Below are positions 48,241-58,813 of a DNA stretch of 64,000 nt, one piece after another. The first letter of the stretch is position 1. Each line of letters begins with the position of its first letter. Source of the DNA: Escherichia coli (GTDB lineage Bacteria; Pseudomonadota; Gammaproteobacteria; Enterobacterales; Enterobacteriaceae); assembly GCF_003334335.1 (NCBI RefSeq), contig NZ_QOWQ01000021.1. One strand, written 5' to 3'. The notes under the pieces are model-generated. The model was given only the letters and a program-made list of their open reading frames with translations, was not told the origin of the DNA and made no database searches. Both the position numbers and the translations under genes were made by a program.

Positions 48241-49755
48241 TCAGGCAACTGCCTGGCTGACTTTAGGCATCGCAAGGCTCAGTGCCTGACGCTCATCTGC
48301 CTGCTCGTGTAACAATTCACCGGCGATTTCACCTTCCCGCATCACCACAATCCGGTCGGCAACGCCGAGGACTTCAGGTAAGTCGCTGGAGGCAAACAGC
48401 ACCGCCACACCCTGCGCCGCCAGCGCATAAATTACGTTATATATTTCGTGCTTAGCACCAACATCAATGCCGCGCGTAGGTTCATCCAGCAAAATGACCT
48501 TCATCTCTTCCGATAACCAGCGGCCCAGAATGGCTTTTTGCTGATTTCCGCCTGAGAGATTCATGATCAGTTGCTCAGCGCCCGGCGTTTTGATGTTGAG
48601 CGAACGAATGTGGTGATCGGCATTGTTTTCTTCCCAACCGTTGTTGATTACACAACCGCCGAGCACATGTTTACGTCTGGCACTGATGTTGATATTGTCG
48701 CGAACGGAGTGCACGGGAATAATGCCTTCCGCTTTGCGATCTTCCGGGCAGAGCATCATGCCTGCGGCAATGGCGTGGCTCGGTTTACGAATATCGATCG
48801 GCTGTTGGTCGATATAAACCTGACCGGCGGTGATTTGCGTCCCGCCAAACAAGCCTTTCATTAATTCGCTACGCCCCGCCCCTACCAGACCAAACAGCCC
48901 AACAATTTCACCACTGCGAACCGCCAGACTTATTGGCGTACGCACGCCTGGTGCTTTCACAGCATCAAGACGCAGGCGCTCCTCGCCATAACTACGAGGT
49001 TGCCAGCCGTAGATATCGCCAATGTCGCGCCCGACCATCGCCTGCACCAGCGCGTCGTGGTCAACCTGCTGCATATCGGTAAAGGTTTTGACATAACGTC
49101 CATCTTTAAAGACAGTGATGGCATCGCTGAGGGCAAATATTTCTTCCATACGGTGAGAAACGTATAAGATCACCCGCCCCTCTTTTCGCAGTTCACGAAT
49201 AACGCGGAAAAGATTGTCGATTTCGCGGGCAGAAAGGGAGCTGGTTGGCTCATCAAAGGCGATAATTTTAGCGTTACGCGCCAGCGCCTTGGCGATTTCA
49301 ACCATCTGCCACTGACCAATGGAGAGATATTTCAGCGGCGTGTCCGGGTCAATATCCATACCAAGATGTTTAAGTTGTAAACCCGCCTCATAATTCAGCA
49401 ATGAGCGATTCACAATGCCGCCTTTATGCGGCAGCTGGCCGAGATAGATGTTTTCCGCGACGGTCATTTCCGGCACGAGATGCAGTTCCTGGTAAATAAT
49501 CGCCACACCCGCGTTAAGTGCTGCGGTCGTGTCGGAAAAGGACATTTCCTGCCCATTAATCACTACAGAACCCGTGGTTGGCGCATAGTTGCCGCTGAGG
49601 ATTTTTAAGAGAGTTGATTTTCCTGCGCCATTTTCACCCATCAACGCATGAACCTGACCGGCATAGCAGTCAAAACTAATATCCGTCAGCGCCTTAACGC
49701 CGGGAAACGTTTTACCGATGCCGCGAAATGAGAGATACGGGGTAGACTGTTGCAT
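48241..49755 (-). CDS. araG: L-arabinose ABC transporter ATPase
   Basis: 504 aa from [23 protein letters not shown]; two Walker A motifs. Confidence 0.97.
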   Translation of the reverse strand: MQQSTPYLSFRGIGKTFPGVKALTDISFDCYAGQVHALMGENGAGKSTLLKILSGNYAPTTGSVVINGQEMSFSDTTAALNAGVAIIYQELHLVPEMTVAENIYLGQLPHKGGIVNRSLLNYEAGLQLKHLGMDIDPDTPLKYLSIGQWQMVEIAKALARNAKIIAFDEPTSSLSAREIDNLFRVIRELRKEGRVILYVSHRMEEIFALSDAITVFKDGRYVKTFTDMQQVDHDALVQAMVGRDIGDIYGWQPRSYGEERLRLDAVKAPGVRTPISLAVRSGEIVGLFGLVGAGRSELMKGLFGGTQITAGQVYIDQQPIDIRKPSHAIAAGMMLCPEDRKAEGIIPVHSVRDNINISARRKHVLGGCVINNGWEENNADHHIRSLNIKTPGAEQLIMNLSGGNQQKAILGRWLSEEMKVILLDEPTRGIDVGAKHEIYNVIYALAAQGVAVLFASSDLPEVLGVADRIVVMREGEIAGELLHEQADERQALSLAMPKVSQAVA

Positions 49756-49824
49756 AACGTCTCCGTGAATCACTGGTCGTTCACACCCCCTCTGCATCAT
49801 GCAGAGGGGAATTTTTCCGGCAAA

Positions 49825-50814
49825 TTACTTACCGCCTAAACCTTTTTTCTCCAGTTCTTCTTTAAAGTTGTCACGCGTGATCAGCACCACGTCGGTAACT
49901 TCGGTAAATTTTGGCGGTTCAACGTCTTTTGCTACCCAGTTGTAAAGCATTTCGCTGGATTTATAGCCATGTACGTCCGGGCTTGGCAGCAGGGAACCGT
50001 AGAAGCCGGTTGCCTGTGCTTTAGACAGTTCGCTCACCGCATCCACACCGTTAATGCCAATGCCGATGATATCGGCAGCTTTAAAGCCCTGACCTTCCGT
50101 CGCGCGTACGCCGCCCAGCACGGTGCTGTCGTTCATACCGACGATCAGCCAATGTTTAACTTCCGGATGTTGAACCAGCATTGAGTTGGCAGCGTCAAAT
50201 GCCCCCGGGATGTCGTTAGATTTGGTAGGTACCTGATAAATTTGTTTTTCCGGGAATCCGGCCGCTTTCAGCGCATCCATAGAACCCGTTGTACGGCGAC
50301 GTGCCGTATCCAGTTCGTTGGCGGTAATCGCCATCACCGCGCTTTCTTTGACATCCCAGCCACGTTTCTGCATCTCTTTATACAGTTCCTGACCCTGACG
50401 TTCGCCAATTTTAGTCGCCGCCATCATCACCAGCGGAACGGTATCCATTGGCTTACCTTTGGCGTTAACAAACTGGTCATCCACGGCAATGACTTTCATA
50501 TCGTAGCCACGCGCTTTCGCGACGATGGCAGAGCCGAGTTTGGGGTCCGGAGTACAAATAACGAAACCTTTTGCGCCACTGGCAGCCAGGCTGTCGATCG
50601 CGTTCAATGTTTTTTCGCCATCCGGCACGGCAATCTTAATAACCTCAAACCCTAAATCCTTCCCGGCTTTATCGGCAAACTTCCATTCGGTCTGGAACCA
50701 CGGCTCTTCCGGTTGCTTCACCAGGAAACCGAGCTTCAGGTTCTCCGCCATAGCGGATTGTGACATAACGGCTGCCAGACCAATGGCTGCCAGGGCTTTA
50801 GTAAATTTGTGCAT
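49825..50814 (-). CDS. araF: L-arabinose-binding periplasmic protein
   Basis: 329 aa from MHKFTKALAAIGLAAVMSQSAMAENLKLGF. Confidence 0.97.
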   Translation of the reverse strand: MHKFTKALAAIGLAAVMSQSAMAENLKLGFLVKQPEEPWFQTEWKFADKAGKDLGFEVIKIAVPDGEKTLNAIDSLAASGAKGFVICTPDPKLGSAIVAKARGYDMKVIAVDDQFVNAKGKPMDTVPLVMMAATKIGERQGQELYKEMQKRGWDVKESAVMAITANELDTARRRTTGSMDALKAAGFPEKQIYQVPTKSNDIPGAFDAANSMLVQHPEVKHWLIVGMNDSTVLGGVRATEGQGFKAADIIGIGINGVDAVSELSKAQATGFYGSLLPSPDVHGYKSSEMLYNWVAKDVEPPKFTEVTDVVLITRDNFKEELEKKGLGGK

Positions 50815-51610
50815 GGTTCTCTCCAGCTTTAGTGTCGTTTTGTGTAGGGCAAAAACGAATGACATTCGTTAAATTAATCGGAAAACAAAGCATTACCTTT
50901 TAACTAAAAGATAAGTGACTGTGTTGACATAGTTTTAGCGAGAAATTAATTCTCCATAGGAGAGCAATATCACATCGCAGAATTACAGTGAGAACGTGCA
51001 TAAATTTAGCGGGAAAAGACATAAGGGAAAGCCAATTTGTCAGACAAATTGTCGAATGCACAGCAGATTAATCCATAAGATTAGCCTGGAAATCCTTGTT
51101 GTCTTTGGTACCCATGCGGGATGTCTTCTTTTTAACCAGTCAATAGGCCGCATTACCTGGCGTTGAGTTTTTGAAATGGTGTAATAACCACAACTCAAAG
51201 ATGTGGAAAATGCGCGTCATTCATTTCGCCATTAATTATCACCGTGCTCATTAATTAACAGAACACGTATAATGAGAGCCATCTCGCAAAAATGAAAAAA
51301 CGTTTTATAAAATCATCATTTCATCATGAATTCAAATTAATCGTTTAATATCAACAAGATACAAAAAGCACTATCATTAAAATTCATTGCAGTTACATTG
51401 ATTTCATCAATGAAATGTAAAAATATATAAACTTGATGATTTAAGCATTTTCTTATACCCGTTCAGACGTTATTCTTATTTCAGATCATCGTCAGAATTG
51501 ACTCCACGATCACATTTCGGACCGGCAGAAAGGAATTATTCTGCAAACAGTAATTATGGTGTTTTGATTTATCTTGCACCTCTCCACTTCTGGATATAAG
51601 GATATTAGGT

Positions 51611-52114
51611 ATGGCAACCGCTGGAATGCTTCTCAAACTCAACTCTCAAATGAACCGCGAGTTTTACGCATCCAATCTCTACCTTCACCTGAGTAACTGG
51701 TGTTCTGAACAGAGTCTGAACGGCACCGCCACTTTCCTTCGCGCCCAGGCACAGAGTAATGTGACCCAAATGATGCGCATGTTTAACTTTATGAAGAGTG
51801 TCGGCGCTACCCCCATCGTTAAAGCCATTGATGTTCCCGGTGAAAAACTGAACTCTCTGGAAGAACTGTTCCAAAAAACGATGGAAGAATACGAGCAACG
51901 TTCAAGCACGCTGGCGCAGTTAGCCGATGAAGCGAAAGAACTGAATGATGATTCAACCGTCAATTTCCTGCGCGATCTTGAAAAAGAACAGCAGCATGAT
52001 GGCCTGTTGCTGCAAACCATTCTTGATGAAGTGCGCAGTGCGAAACTTGCGGGTATGTGCCCTGTGCAGACCGACCAACATGTTCTGAATGTCGTGTCAC
52101 ACCAGCTGCATTGA
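51611..52114 (+). CDS. ftnB: Ferritin-like protein FtnB
   Basis: 167 aa, [31 protein letters not shown]. Confidence 0.95.
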   Translation: MATAGMLLKLNSQMNREFYASNLYLHLSNWCSEQSLNGTATFLRAQAQSNVTQMMRMFNFMKSVGATPIVKAIDVPGEKLNSLEELFQKTMEEYEQRSSTLAQLADEAKELNDDSTVNFLRDLEKEQQHDGLLLQTILDEVRSAKLAGMCPVQTDQHVLNVVSHQLH

Positions 52115-52157
52115 TCATCATCGGCGCTAATGCATTGCGCCGATGAAGGTTTTGAGA

Positions 52158-52194
52158 AACCGCTGCCTCATCTGTTTGAAGCAGCGGTTTTTTT
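52158..52194. terminator. Bidirectional terminator between ftnB and yecJ
   Basis: AACCGCTGC/GCAGCGGTT stem followed by T7 on the + strand. Confidence 0.7.
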
Positions 52195-52444
52195 AATGGG
52201 ATTCACCCTGTGGGGTAAACTTGAGTTCAATAAGCGCGATGGCTTTTTGGATTGCCCGCATGGTGACCGGGTCTGCGGCGGCGGGATGGTTAGTAAAGTC
52301 GATATTCTTCAGCTGACTGGACATTTTTTCACGAACTTCAACGGGCGCGATTACATCGAGAACATCCAGAATTTGTTTGATAACCAACTGGCAAGCAACC
52401 ACATCAGAAACCAATTCCTGATCGGCATTCAGCGGCTGGGACAT
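52193..52444 (-). CDS. yecJ: DUF2766 protein YecJ
   Basis: 83 aa; K-12 synteny. Confidence 0.9.
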
Positions 52445-52558
52445 CGTAAACTCCTGATAGCATTTTGAAAGCCGTTATAGTAGCGACTTCACATCTTCAG
52501 CGATAGTCACATCCACCGTCATCAGGACACAAAAAAACCTGCCGGAGCAGGTTTTTTG

Positions 52559-52645
52559 TTATCGGAACATATTGCCTGGCGGTACGTCTTTGAACGTCTT
52601 GCAATAGTTATTGAACATACTTTTCAGGATTTTGCGCAGTTTCAT
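52559..52645 (-). CDS. azuC: Small amphipathic protein AzuC (28 aa; isrB/azuCR transcript)
   Basis: The reverse complement encodes MKLRKILKSMFNNYCKTFKDVPPGNMFR, matching AzuC from memory. Not in the ORF track because it is under 60 aa. Confidence 0.85.
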   Translation of the reverse strand: MKLRKILKSMFNNYCKTFKDVPPGNMFR

Positions 52646-52907
52646 CGCGGCACTCCGACCATTTGTTATACAGGTGTTATTGTCTTTGCGCTTATAATAT
52701 GACAACCATCACAAAAATCAATCTTTATGTGATACAAATCACATAAATACCCCTTTAATGTTATAAAAATGATAATCAAAAAACAGCCCCCCTATTTCTG
52801 ACACCTACAGATGGCAAGAAATAGCGCCTGCCAGGCGTCTTTTCCGGCCATTGTCGCAGCACTGTAACGCGTAAAATAGTGCTTTCTCTTACTCTTCTGG
52901 CTGGACC

Positions 52908-53231
52908 ATGAGACTTCTGATTCTGACTCTTTCATTAATAACGCTGGCGGGGTGTACGGTTACTCGCCAAGCCCATGTGAGCGAAGTTGACGTGGCAACA
53001 GGTATTGTACGGTTAGTTTATGACCAGGCTTTTTTGCAGCATGCCCATACCGATCGTTATGTCAGTCGCGGGATCGCCGATCGCGCATGCCAGCAGGAAG
53101 GCTATACCCACGCGGTCCCCTTTGGTCAGCCAGTAGGCAACTGTAGCCTTTTTGCGGGTTCCTTATGTTTGAATACGGAATTCACTTTGTCATATCAGTG
53201 CCATCATTCCGCCTTCCCTGTCTTTCTCTAA
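52908..53231 (+). CDS. yecR: Lipoprotein YecR
   Basis: 107 aa; lipobox LAGC. Confidence 0.9.
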   Translation: MRLLILTLSLITLAGCTVTRQAHVSEVDVATGIVRLVYDQAFLQHAHTDRYVSRGIADRACQQEGYTHAVPFGQPVGNCSLFAGSLCLNTEFTLSYQCHHSAFPVFL

Positions 53232-53401
53232 ATATTTTAATCAGCGAGGGGATCTTCGCTGATTAAAGAAATAGCGGTAATGCGTTTTATTCCCATTCGT
53301 ATTTTTAATAATTGAAGTTTATATTTTACCTTTTGCAAATAATAAAATAACAAATTATAGTGACGCCACAGCAACAAATATAACCTTTGTGGAGCACTAT
53401 C

Positions 53402-53899
53402 ATGCTGAAACCAGAAATGATTGAAAAACTTAATGAGCAGATGAACCTGGAACTGTACTCTTCACTGCTTTATCAGCAAATGAGCGCCTGGTGCAGCTAT
53501 CATACCTTCGAAGGTGCTGCCGCGTTCCTGCGCCGTCACGCCCAGGAAGAGATGACGCATATGCAGCATCTGTTTGATTACCTGACTGATACCGGCAATT
53601 TACCGCGTATTAATACCGTTGAATCTCCGTTTGCTGAATATTCCTCACTTGATGAATTATTCCAGGAAACCTATAAACACGAACAATTAATCACCCAGAA
53701 AATTAACGAACTGGCTCATGCTGCAATGACCAATCAGGACTACCCAACATTTAATTTCCTGCAATGGTATGTTTCTGAGCAGCATGAAGAAGAGAAACTG
53801 TTCAAATCGATTATTGATAAATTAAGCCTGGCAGGCAAAAGCGGCGAAGGTCTGTATTTTATCGACAAAGAACTCTCTACCCTCGACACACAAAACTAA
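53402..53899 (+). CDS. ftnA: Ferritin FtnA
   Basis: 165 aa from [31 protein letters not shown]. Confidence 0.97.
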   Translation: MLKPEMIEKLNEQMNLELYSSLLYQQMSAWCSYHTFEGAAAFLRRHAQEEMTHMQHLFDYLTDTGNLPRINTVESPFAEYSSLDELFQETYKHEQLITQKINELAHAAMTNQDYPTFNFLQWYVSEQHEEEKLFKSIIDKLSLAGKSGEGLYFIDKELSTLDTQN

Positions 53900-53936
53900 T
53901 GCTCTCCGGCGGCAGGTTTACTGCCGCCGTTTCAAA

Positions 53937-54176
53937 TCAGTGACGGCAAATCTTACTCTGATCGGTCGAAAAACCGTCTTCCGAAGGTATAAATTTGCCT
54001 TTTGCTGCCAGAAACGCTACCAGCTCTCCCGCAGTCATCCCTTCTGCCGAGCAGGTGTGAAAACGTGCCTGTTCACCAAAACGCGCTTTAATCGCAGCTT
54101 CCAGACTGGCATGCGTATATTGCTCGCCTGATTCAATCATCATATTTAACACTTCATGACCGTGAATAGAGTCCAT
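53937..54176 (-). CDS. yecH: DUF2492 protein YecH
   Basis: 79 aa; K-12 synteny. Confidence 0.9.
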   Translation of the reverse strand: MDSIHGHEVLNMMIESGEQYTHASLEAAIKARFGEQARFHTCSAEGMTAGELVAFLAAKGKFIPSEDGFSTDQSKICRH

Positions 54177-54366
54177 CGTTCCTCCTCAAAAAAAAGCCTA
54201 GCGTAGCGATTACCGCTTATGAAGACTTTGCGCCAGCGCAGGACTGAATGCTTTTATTGTACATTTATATTTACACCATATGTAACGTCGGTTTGACGAA
54301 GCAGCCGTTATGCCTTAACCTGCGCCGCAGATATCACTCATAAAGATCGTCAGGACAGAAGAAAGC

Positions 54367-55578
54367 GTGAAAAACAGAACCCTGGGAAGTGTTTTTATCG
54401 TGGCGGGAACCACAATTGGCGCAGGCATGCTGGCAATGCCGCTGGCTGCGGCAGGTGTTGGTTTTAGCGTCACGTTAATCTTGTTGATTGGGCTTTGGGC
54501 GTTGATGTGCTACACGGCGCTATTACTGCTGGAGGTGTACCAGCATGTTCCGGCAGATACCGGTCTTGGCACGCTGGCAAAACGCTATCTGGGACGCTAC
54601 GGTCAGTGGCTGACGGGCTTCAGTATGATGTTCTTAATGTATGCTCTGACTGCGGCATACATCAGCGGTGCCGGTGAATTGTTGGCCTCCAGCATCAGCG
54701 ACTGGACAGGTATTTCAATGTCGGCAACCGCTGGCGTGCTGTTGTTCACTTTTGTTGCCGGTGGCGTGGTTTGTGTCGGGACATCGCTGGTCGATTTGTT
54801 TAACCGTTTTCTGTTCAGCGCCAAAATTATTTTTCTGGTGGTGATGCTGGTATTGCTGCTACCGCATATTCACAAAGTGAATCTTTTAACCCTGCCGTTG
54901 CAACAGGGGCTGGCTCTGTCAGCAATCCCGGTGATTTTTACCTCATTTGGTTTTCACGGTAGCGTGCCGAGTATTGTCAGCTATATGGATGGCAACGTTC
55001 GTAAGCTACGCTGGGTGTTTATAACCGGTAGTGCGATCCCCCTGGTGGCATATATTTTCTGGCAGGTGGCAACGCTTGGCAGCATTGATTCAACAACCTT
55101 TATGGGATTGCTGGCTAATCATGCTGGATTAAACGGGCTGTTACAGGCGTTACGCGAAATGGTGGCCTCTCCGCATGTTGAGCTGGCAGTGCATTTATTT
55201 GCTGATTTAGCCCTCGCCACGTCATTTCTCGGCGTTGCGTTAGGCTTATTTGATTATCTGGCTGATTTATTTCAGCGTTCAAATACCGTTGGTGGACGGT
55301 TGCAAACTGGTGCAATTACCTTTCTGCCGCCGTTGGCGTTTGCACTGTTTTATCCACGAGGATTTGTGATGGCGCTGGGTTACGCCGGTGTGGCGCTGGC
55401 GGTACTGGCATTGATTATCCCTTCGCTGTTGACCTGGCAAAGCAGAAAGCACAATCCTCAGGCGGGTTACCGGGTGAAAGGTGGTCGTCCGGCGCTGGTG
55501 GTGGTGTTTCTCTGTGGTATTGCTGTGATTGGCGTGCAATTTTTGATTGCGGCAGGGTTGTTACCAGAAGTGGGGTGA
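54367..55578 (+). CDS. tyrP: Tyrosine-specific transport protein
   Basis: 403 aa, GTG start, [30 protein letters not shown]. Confidence 0.96.
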   Translation: MKNRTLGSVFIVAGTTIGAGMLAMPLAAAGVGFSVTLILLIGLWALMCYTALLLLEVYQHVPADTGLGTLAKRYLGRYGQWLTGFSMMFLMYALTAAYISGAGELLASSISDWTGISMSATAGVLLFTFVAGGVVCVGTSLVDLFNRFLFSAKIIFLVVMLVLLLPHIHKVNLLTLPLQQGLALSAIPVIFTSFGFHGSVPSIVSYMDGNVRKLRWVFITGSAIPLVAYIFWQVATLGSIDSTTFMGLLANHAGLNGLLQALREMVASPHVELAVHLFADLALATSFLGVALGLFDYLADLFQRSNTVGGRLQTGAITFLPPLAFALFYPRGFVMALGYAGVALAVLALIIPSLLTWQSRKHNPQAGYRVKGGRPALVVVFLCGIAVIGVQFLIAAGLLPEVG

Positions 55579-55639
55579 TCAGATAGCCTCAAATTCCTTA
55601 TTGGGTGCCAGAATTAACGCTGACACCCAATTTGACCTC

Positions 55640-56305
55640 TTAATGCAGGCAGCACTGCTTAAATTTCTTACCACTACCGCACGGGCAAGGATCGTTACGC
55701 CCCGGTTTCTCTTCTGCTTTGATCGGTTGCTGAACAGCTTTTTCCTGCGGATGCGCCATCCAGTACGCATGTAGATCAAGCGCCGCCAGTCGAATGGCAT
55801 CTACGCTCTCTTCAAACGCTTCTGGCGACATTTTCTCTACCCGCTCGAAGTTTTCCTCAGTACCGTGCAGCGCAATCGCCTCCAGCGCTGGTTTTAACGA
55901 ATCGGGCAACGTTGACCAGTCAGAAAGTGCCACGCCCCGCATATAGCCAAAGCACCACTCCTCAACAATCGTCAGCTCGCTGCCATCAACTTCTCGCAAG
56001 CCGAATAACGGCTCAAACTGCTCCGGGAATTCGTTCAGACGCTCTGCGGTATCGGCCATATGTTGAAAAGCCAGATTCATAAAGCGCGTCATCTCTTTCT
56101 CTGACGCCCAGCGCGGCACATAGTCAGCCCCACCCCACACGGCAACCAGCCACTGTTCCGGTTCAATCTCTTGCGGAGAACTCAACACCGCCGTCAATAA
56201 ACCGTCCAGCTCCGCCACATCAAGGATGGCGTGGTCAGTGTTGTATTTGGTCAGAATATCGTCCAGCCATTCCAACTCACTTTCGTTTAACGGTCCCGTT
56301 TTCAT
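55640..56305 (-). CDS. yecA: UPF0149/SEC-C motif protein YecA
   Basis: 221 aa; C-terminal [18 protein letters not shown] motif. Confidence 0.95.
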   Translation of the reverse strand: MKTGPLNESELEWLDDILTKYNTDHAILDVAELDGLLTAVLSSPQEIEPEQWLVAVWGGADYVPRWASEKEMTRFMNLAFQHMADTAERLNEFPEQFEPLFGLREVDGSELTIVEEWCFGYMRGVALSDWSTLPDSLKPALEAIALHGTEENFERVEKMSPEAFEESVDAIRLAALDLHAYWMAHPQEKAVQQPIKAEEKPGRNDPCPCGSGKKFKQCCLH

Positions 56306-56433
56306 ACGCTTTTCCTTGTGGATCTCAACTCGCCAGCACCTATCTTACATGCCGGTCCGTATCAGAGATACTTTTTGAGTGGCTTTGCTGGTGATTAAAA
56401 ATTAGGGAGGGTGTAACGACAAGTTGCAGGCAC

Positions 56434-56457
56434 AAAAAAACCACCCGAAGGTGGTTT
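56434..56457 (-). terminator. Terminator of the glyW-cysT-leuZ tRNA operon
   Basis: On the minus strand: AAACCACC-TTCG-GGTGGTTT followed by T7. Confidence 0.8.
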
Positions 56458-56500
56458 CACGACACTGCTTATTGCTTTGATTTTATTCTTATCTTTCCCA

Positions 56501-56555
56501 TGGTACCCGGAGCGGGACTTGAACCCGCACAGCGCGAACGCCGAGGGATTTTAAA
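56501..56555 (-). other. leuZ: 3'-terminal 55 nt of tRNA-Leu(UAA) leuZ, forming the chromosome/prophage att junction
   Basis: The reverse complement TTTAAAATCCCTCGGCGTTCGCGCTGTGCGGGTTCAAGTCCCGCTCCGGGTACCA equals leuZ from the anticodon loop to CCA (from memory). The 5' half is replaced by prophage DNA. Confidence 0.85.
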
Positions 56556-56575
56556 AACTATCAACCACCATTTAT

Positions 56576-56595
56576 AAATCATAACGTTATGATTT
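56576..56595. repeat. Perfect 20-bp palindrome in the att arm
   Basis: AAATCATAAC/GTTATGATTT, lying between the tRNA junction and the int stop. Confidence 0.7.
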
Positions 56596-56661
56596 TATTA
56601 AGTATACAGATAAAGCAATATGGCGCTATTTGATGCTTTTGTTACTTTTCATCGCCACTTT

Positions 56662-57663
56662 TTACCCTCTATTGTCAAAGGGATTCAGTTCAACAGCAGC
56701 CTCTAAATGACCCGGCGCAAAGTGTGCATAACGCATAGTCATTTTTATATCGCTATGCCCCAGTATTTTTTGCAACACAAGAATATTTCCTCCCCGCATC
56801 ATAAAATGGCTGGCAAACGTATGACGTAGCACATGAGTTAATTGTCCGTCAGGAAGTTCGATCTTTGCTCTCTTAATAGCGGCGTCAAAAGCCTCATAAC
56901 ATGGTGAAAAAAGCGCCCCGCGTTTTTTAGGAAGCATGGCCTGCAATTGAGGTGAAATAGGTACAGTGCGGTTCTTCTTTCCTTTGGTTTTAACAAATGT
57001 GATTCGTCCAGGCAGTATTTGAGATTGCTTTAATCCCTCTGCTTCACTCCACCTGGCACCAGTCGCAAGCCCAATACGGACGACAACACCCAAATCTTTA
57101 TTCCGTGACTCATCACATGCAATCAGAAGGCGTTCAATCTCATCTGCATACAGAAACGCCTGTTCCTTTTCTTCCTCACGAAACTTGCGAATACCTGTCA
57201 ATGGATTTTCACCAGACCACTCCCCAAGGCGCTTCAGTTCAGCAAAAACAGCATGTAAATATGACTGTTCGCGATTAACGGTTGCTTCACTAAGTTTTTT
57301 CTTCCCCTTTGGATTCCATTCACCTGATAACCGCCGCTCCCTGTAGATGGCAAACATATTTTTATCAAATTGAGAAGCAAACGGATCACCCAACCTAGAA
57401 CAAATCGCCTCAAGTTTAGCCTTGCGCTCTTCACCGGAAGACAACGTTTTACCGTACATTTCAAACCAGCGAGCAACCAACTCGGAAAGACGGGGGCCAG
57501 AACCATCCTGAAACTCGCCCCCTAAATTACCGTTCATTAAACGGCGCTCATAAGAGAGCGCCTCACCTTTAGTAGCAAACTGCTTACGAATGCGTTTTCC
57601 TGCTGCTCCGTAGGGATAGCATTCACAGAGCCATTTACCAGTAGATAGTTTACGAACAGACAT
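56662..57663 (-). CDS. int: P2-family tyrosine integrase
   Basis: 333 aa from MSVRKLSTGKWLCECYPYGAAGKRIRKQF. Catalytic motifs LATGARWSEA, HVLRHTFASH and MRYAH. The ORF track adds 25 upstream codons. Confidence 0.9.
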   Translation of the reverse strand: MSVRKLSTGKWLCECYPYGAAGKRIRKQFATKGEALSYERRLMNGNLGGEFQDGSGPRLSELVARWFEMYGKTLSSGEERKAKLEAICSRLGDPFASQFDKNMFAIYRERRLSGEWNPKGKKKLSEATVNREQSYLHAVFAELKRLGEWSGENPLTGIRKFREEEKEQAFLYADEIERLLIACDESRNKDLGVVVRIGLATGARWSEAEGLKQSQILPGRITFVKTKGKKNRTVPISPQLQAMLPKKRGALFSPCYEAFDAAIKRAKIELPDGQLTHVLRHTFASHFMMRGGNILVLQKILGHSDIKMTMRYAHFAPGHLEAAVELNPFDNRG

Positions 57664-57697
57664 ATTAAAAAGTGCACACCAAGGAAAATTTTCGTGA

Positions 57698-57955
57698 TTA
57701 AGATGGTTGCTCAACCCGCATAAAGAGCTTTTCATCAACTAACTGCTCCCATTCATCGGGATCAAGCTCCCAAGAAGGAGCCGACATATCATCCTCATCC
57801 CCCTCATTTACAAAAGTAACCAAATAGAAAGGAAGATCTCCGGGCTCATCGTCATCGTCCTTGACAATATGAACATTAGTAACAACTATACGATTAGATG
57901 GATTAACTTTAGATACATATAAACCAATTAATGGAATTTGCGGATTAGTTACCAT
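57698..57955 (-). CDS. Highly acidic 85-aa protein
   Basis: AGAGGT SD. 19 Asp/Glu versus 5 Lys/Arg by my count, concentrated in the C-terminal half (DDDDEPGD, EGDEDD, ELDPDEWEQLVDE). Confidence 0.6.
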   Translation of the reverse strand: MVTNPQIPLIGLYVSKVNPSNRIVVTNVHIVKDDDDEPGDLPFYLVTFVNEGDEDDMSAPSWELDPDEWEQLVDEKLFMRVEQPS

Positions 57956-58153
57956 AATTCATTTACCTCTTTGGACTTCCTCATGAACAAAGACTTACTT
58001 TTCTTTAAGACCATAACAAGTAATTCACACCATTTCTTACATCACTAGTTGCCCCCTCCCACCTTTGTCAGCTCGCTTAATTTATCTTTTTCATTTCTTT
58101 TAAAGTCGGTAAAGCAAGCTTTTGTCACAATATCTTTCTCCAACAACTATCTA

Positions 58154-58798
58154 TCAGAAAAGAACACTGCCTAATAAAACACCAACAACGAAACACATTC
58201 CTGTTTCTTTCGGGTATTTTCTAATTATTTGCTGAAAATTCATCTGTAATTGACTACCGGCAGAATTGTTGGCAGTTAATTTCTTTTCTCCTTCCACTGA
58301 TTGTTGGTCTAACCAGGAAAGAGCCATCTGAAGCTGAGAACGAGTAAGATCGTTTAAGCGACCCGTTCCGAAATTGATATGGCAATAGCGGATAAGTTTT
58401 TGACGAAGCACTCCATCTTCACTATTACGAAGTAAAATACTTACAAGCGCCTTACGCGCATCATGATCTTTACATCGTTCAAGCATCGCACACAGAAAGC
58501 TCTCTGCGGTCTTATATTGATTCATTGTTATATCATCAATACTGTCTACACCAATCTCTGCATGCAATTTTTGCCAAATAATAAACGCCTCGGTATTGCT
58601 GGCATCTACAATAGCAGCAACTAATCTATTTAATGCCTTCCGTTGCCCCTTAAGTAAGGGGCGTGGATCACTGTTATTGCTCGAAGGAATTGCGATATTG
58701 ACGGTATGAGAGCCATCATATCGCCCTATCTGAATATTCTTTTCTTGGTAATCTCGCCCAGCAATACGATTATCTGAACCGTTTGAGTTGACCGTCAT
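58154..58798 (-). CDS. 214-aa tail-anchored membrane protein with an N-terminal NRIAGRDY motif and two internal ~55-aa repeats
   Basis: AGGAGG SD lies 15 nt after the repressor stop. C-terminal hydrophobic segment MCFVVGVLLGSVLF. Repeats QRKALNRLV...ESFL and ARKALVSIL...LSWL. AT-rich. Confidence 0.75.
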   Translation of the reverse strand: MTVNSNGSDNRIAGRDYQEKNIQIGRYDGSHTVNIAIPSSNNSDPRPLLKGQRKALNRLVAAIVDASNTEAFIIWQKLHAEIGVDSIDDITMNQYKTAESFLCAMLERCKDHDARKALVSILLRNSEDGVLRQKLIRYCHINFGTGRLNDLTRSQLQMALSWLDQQSVEGEKKLTANNSAGSQLQMNFQQIIRKYPKETGMCFVVGVLLGSVLF

Positions 58799-58813
58799 GC
58801 CACCTCCTTGCTA

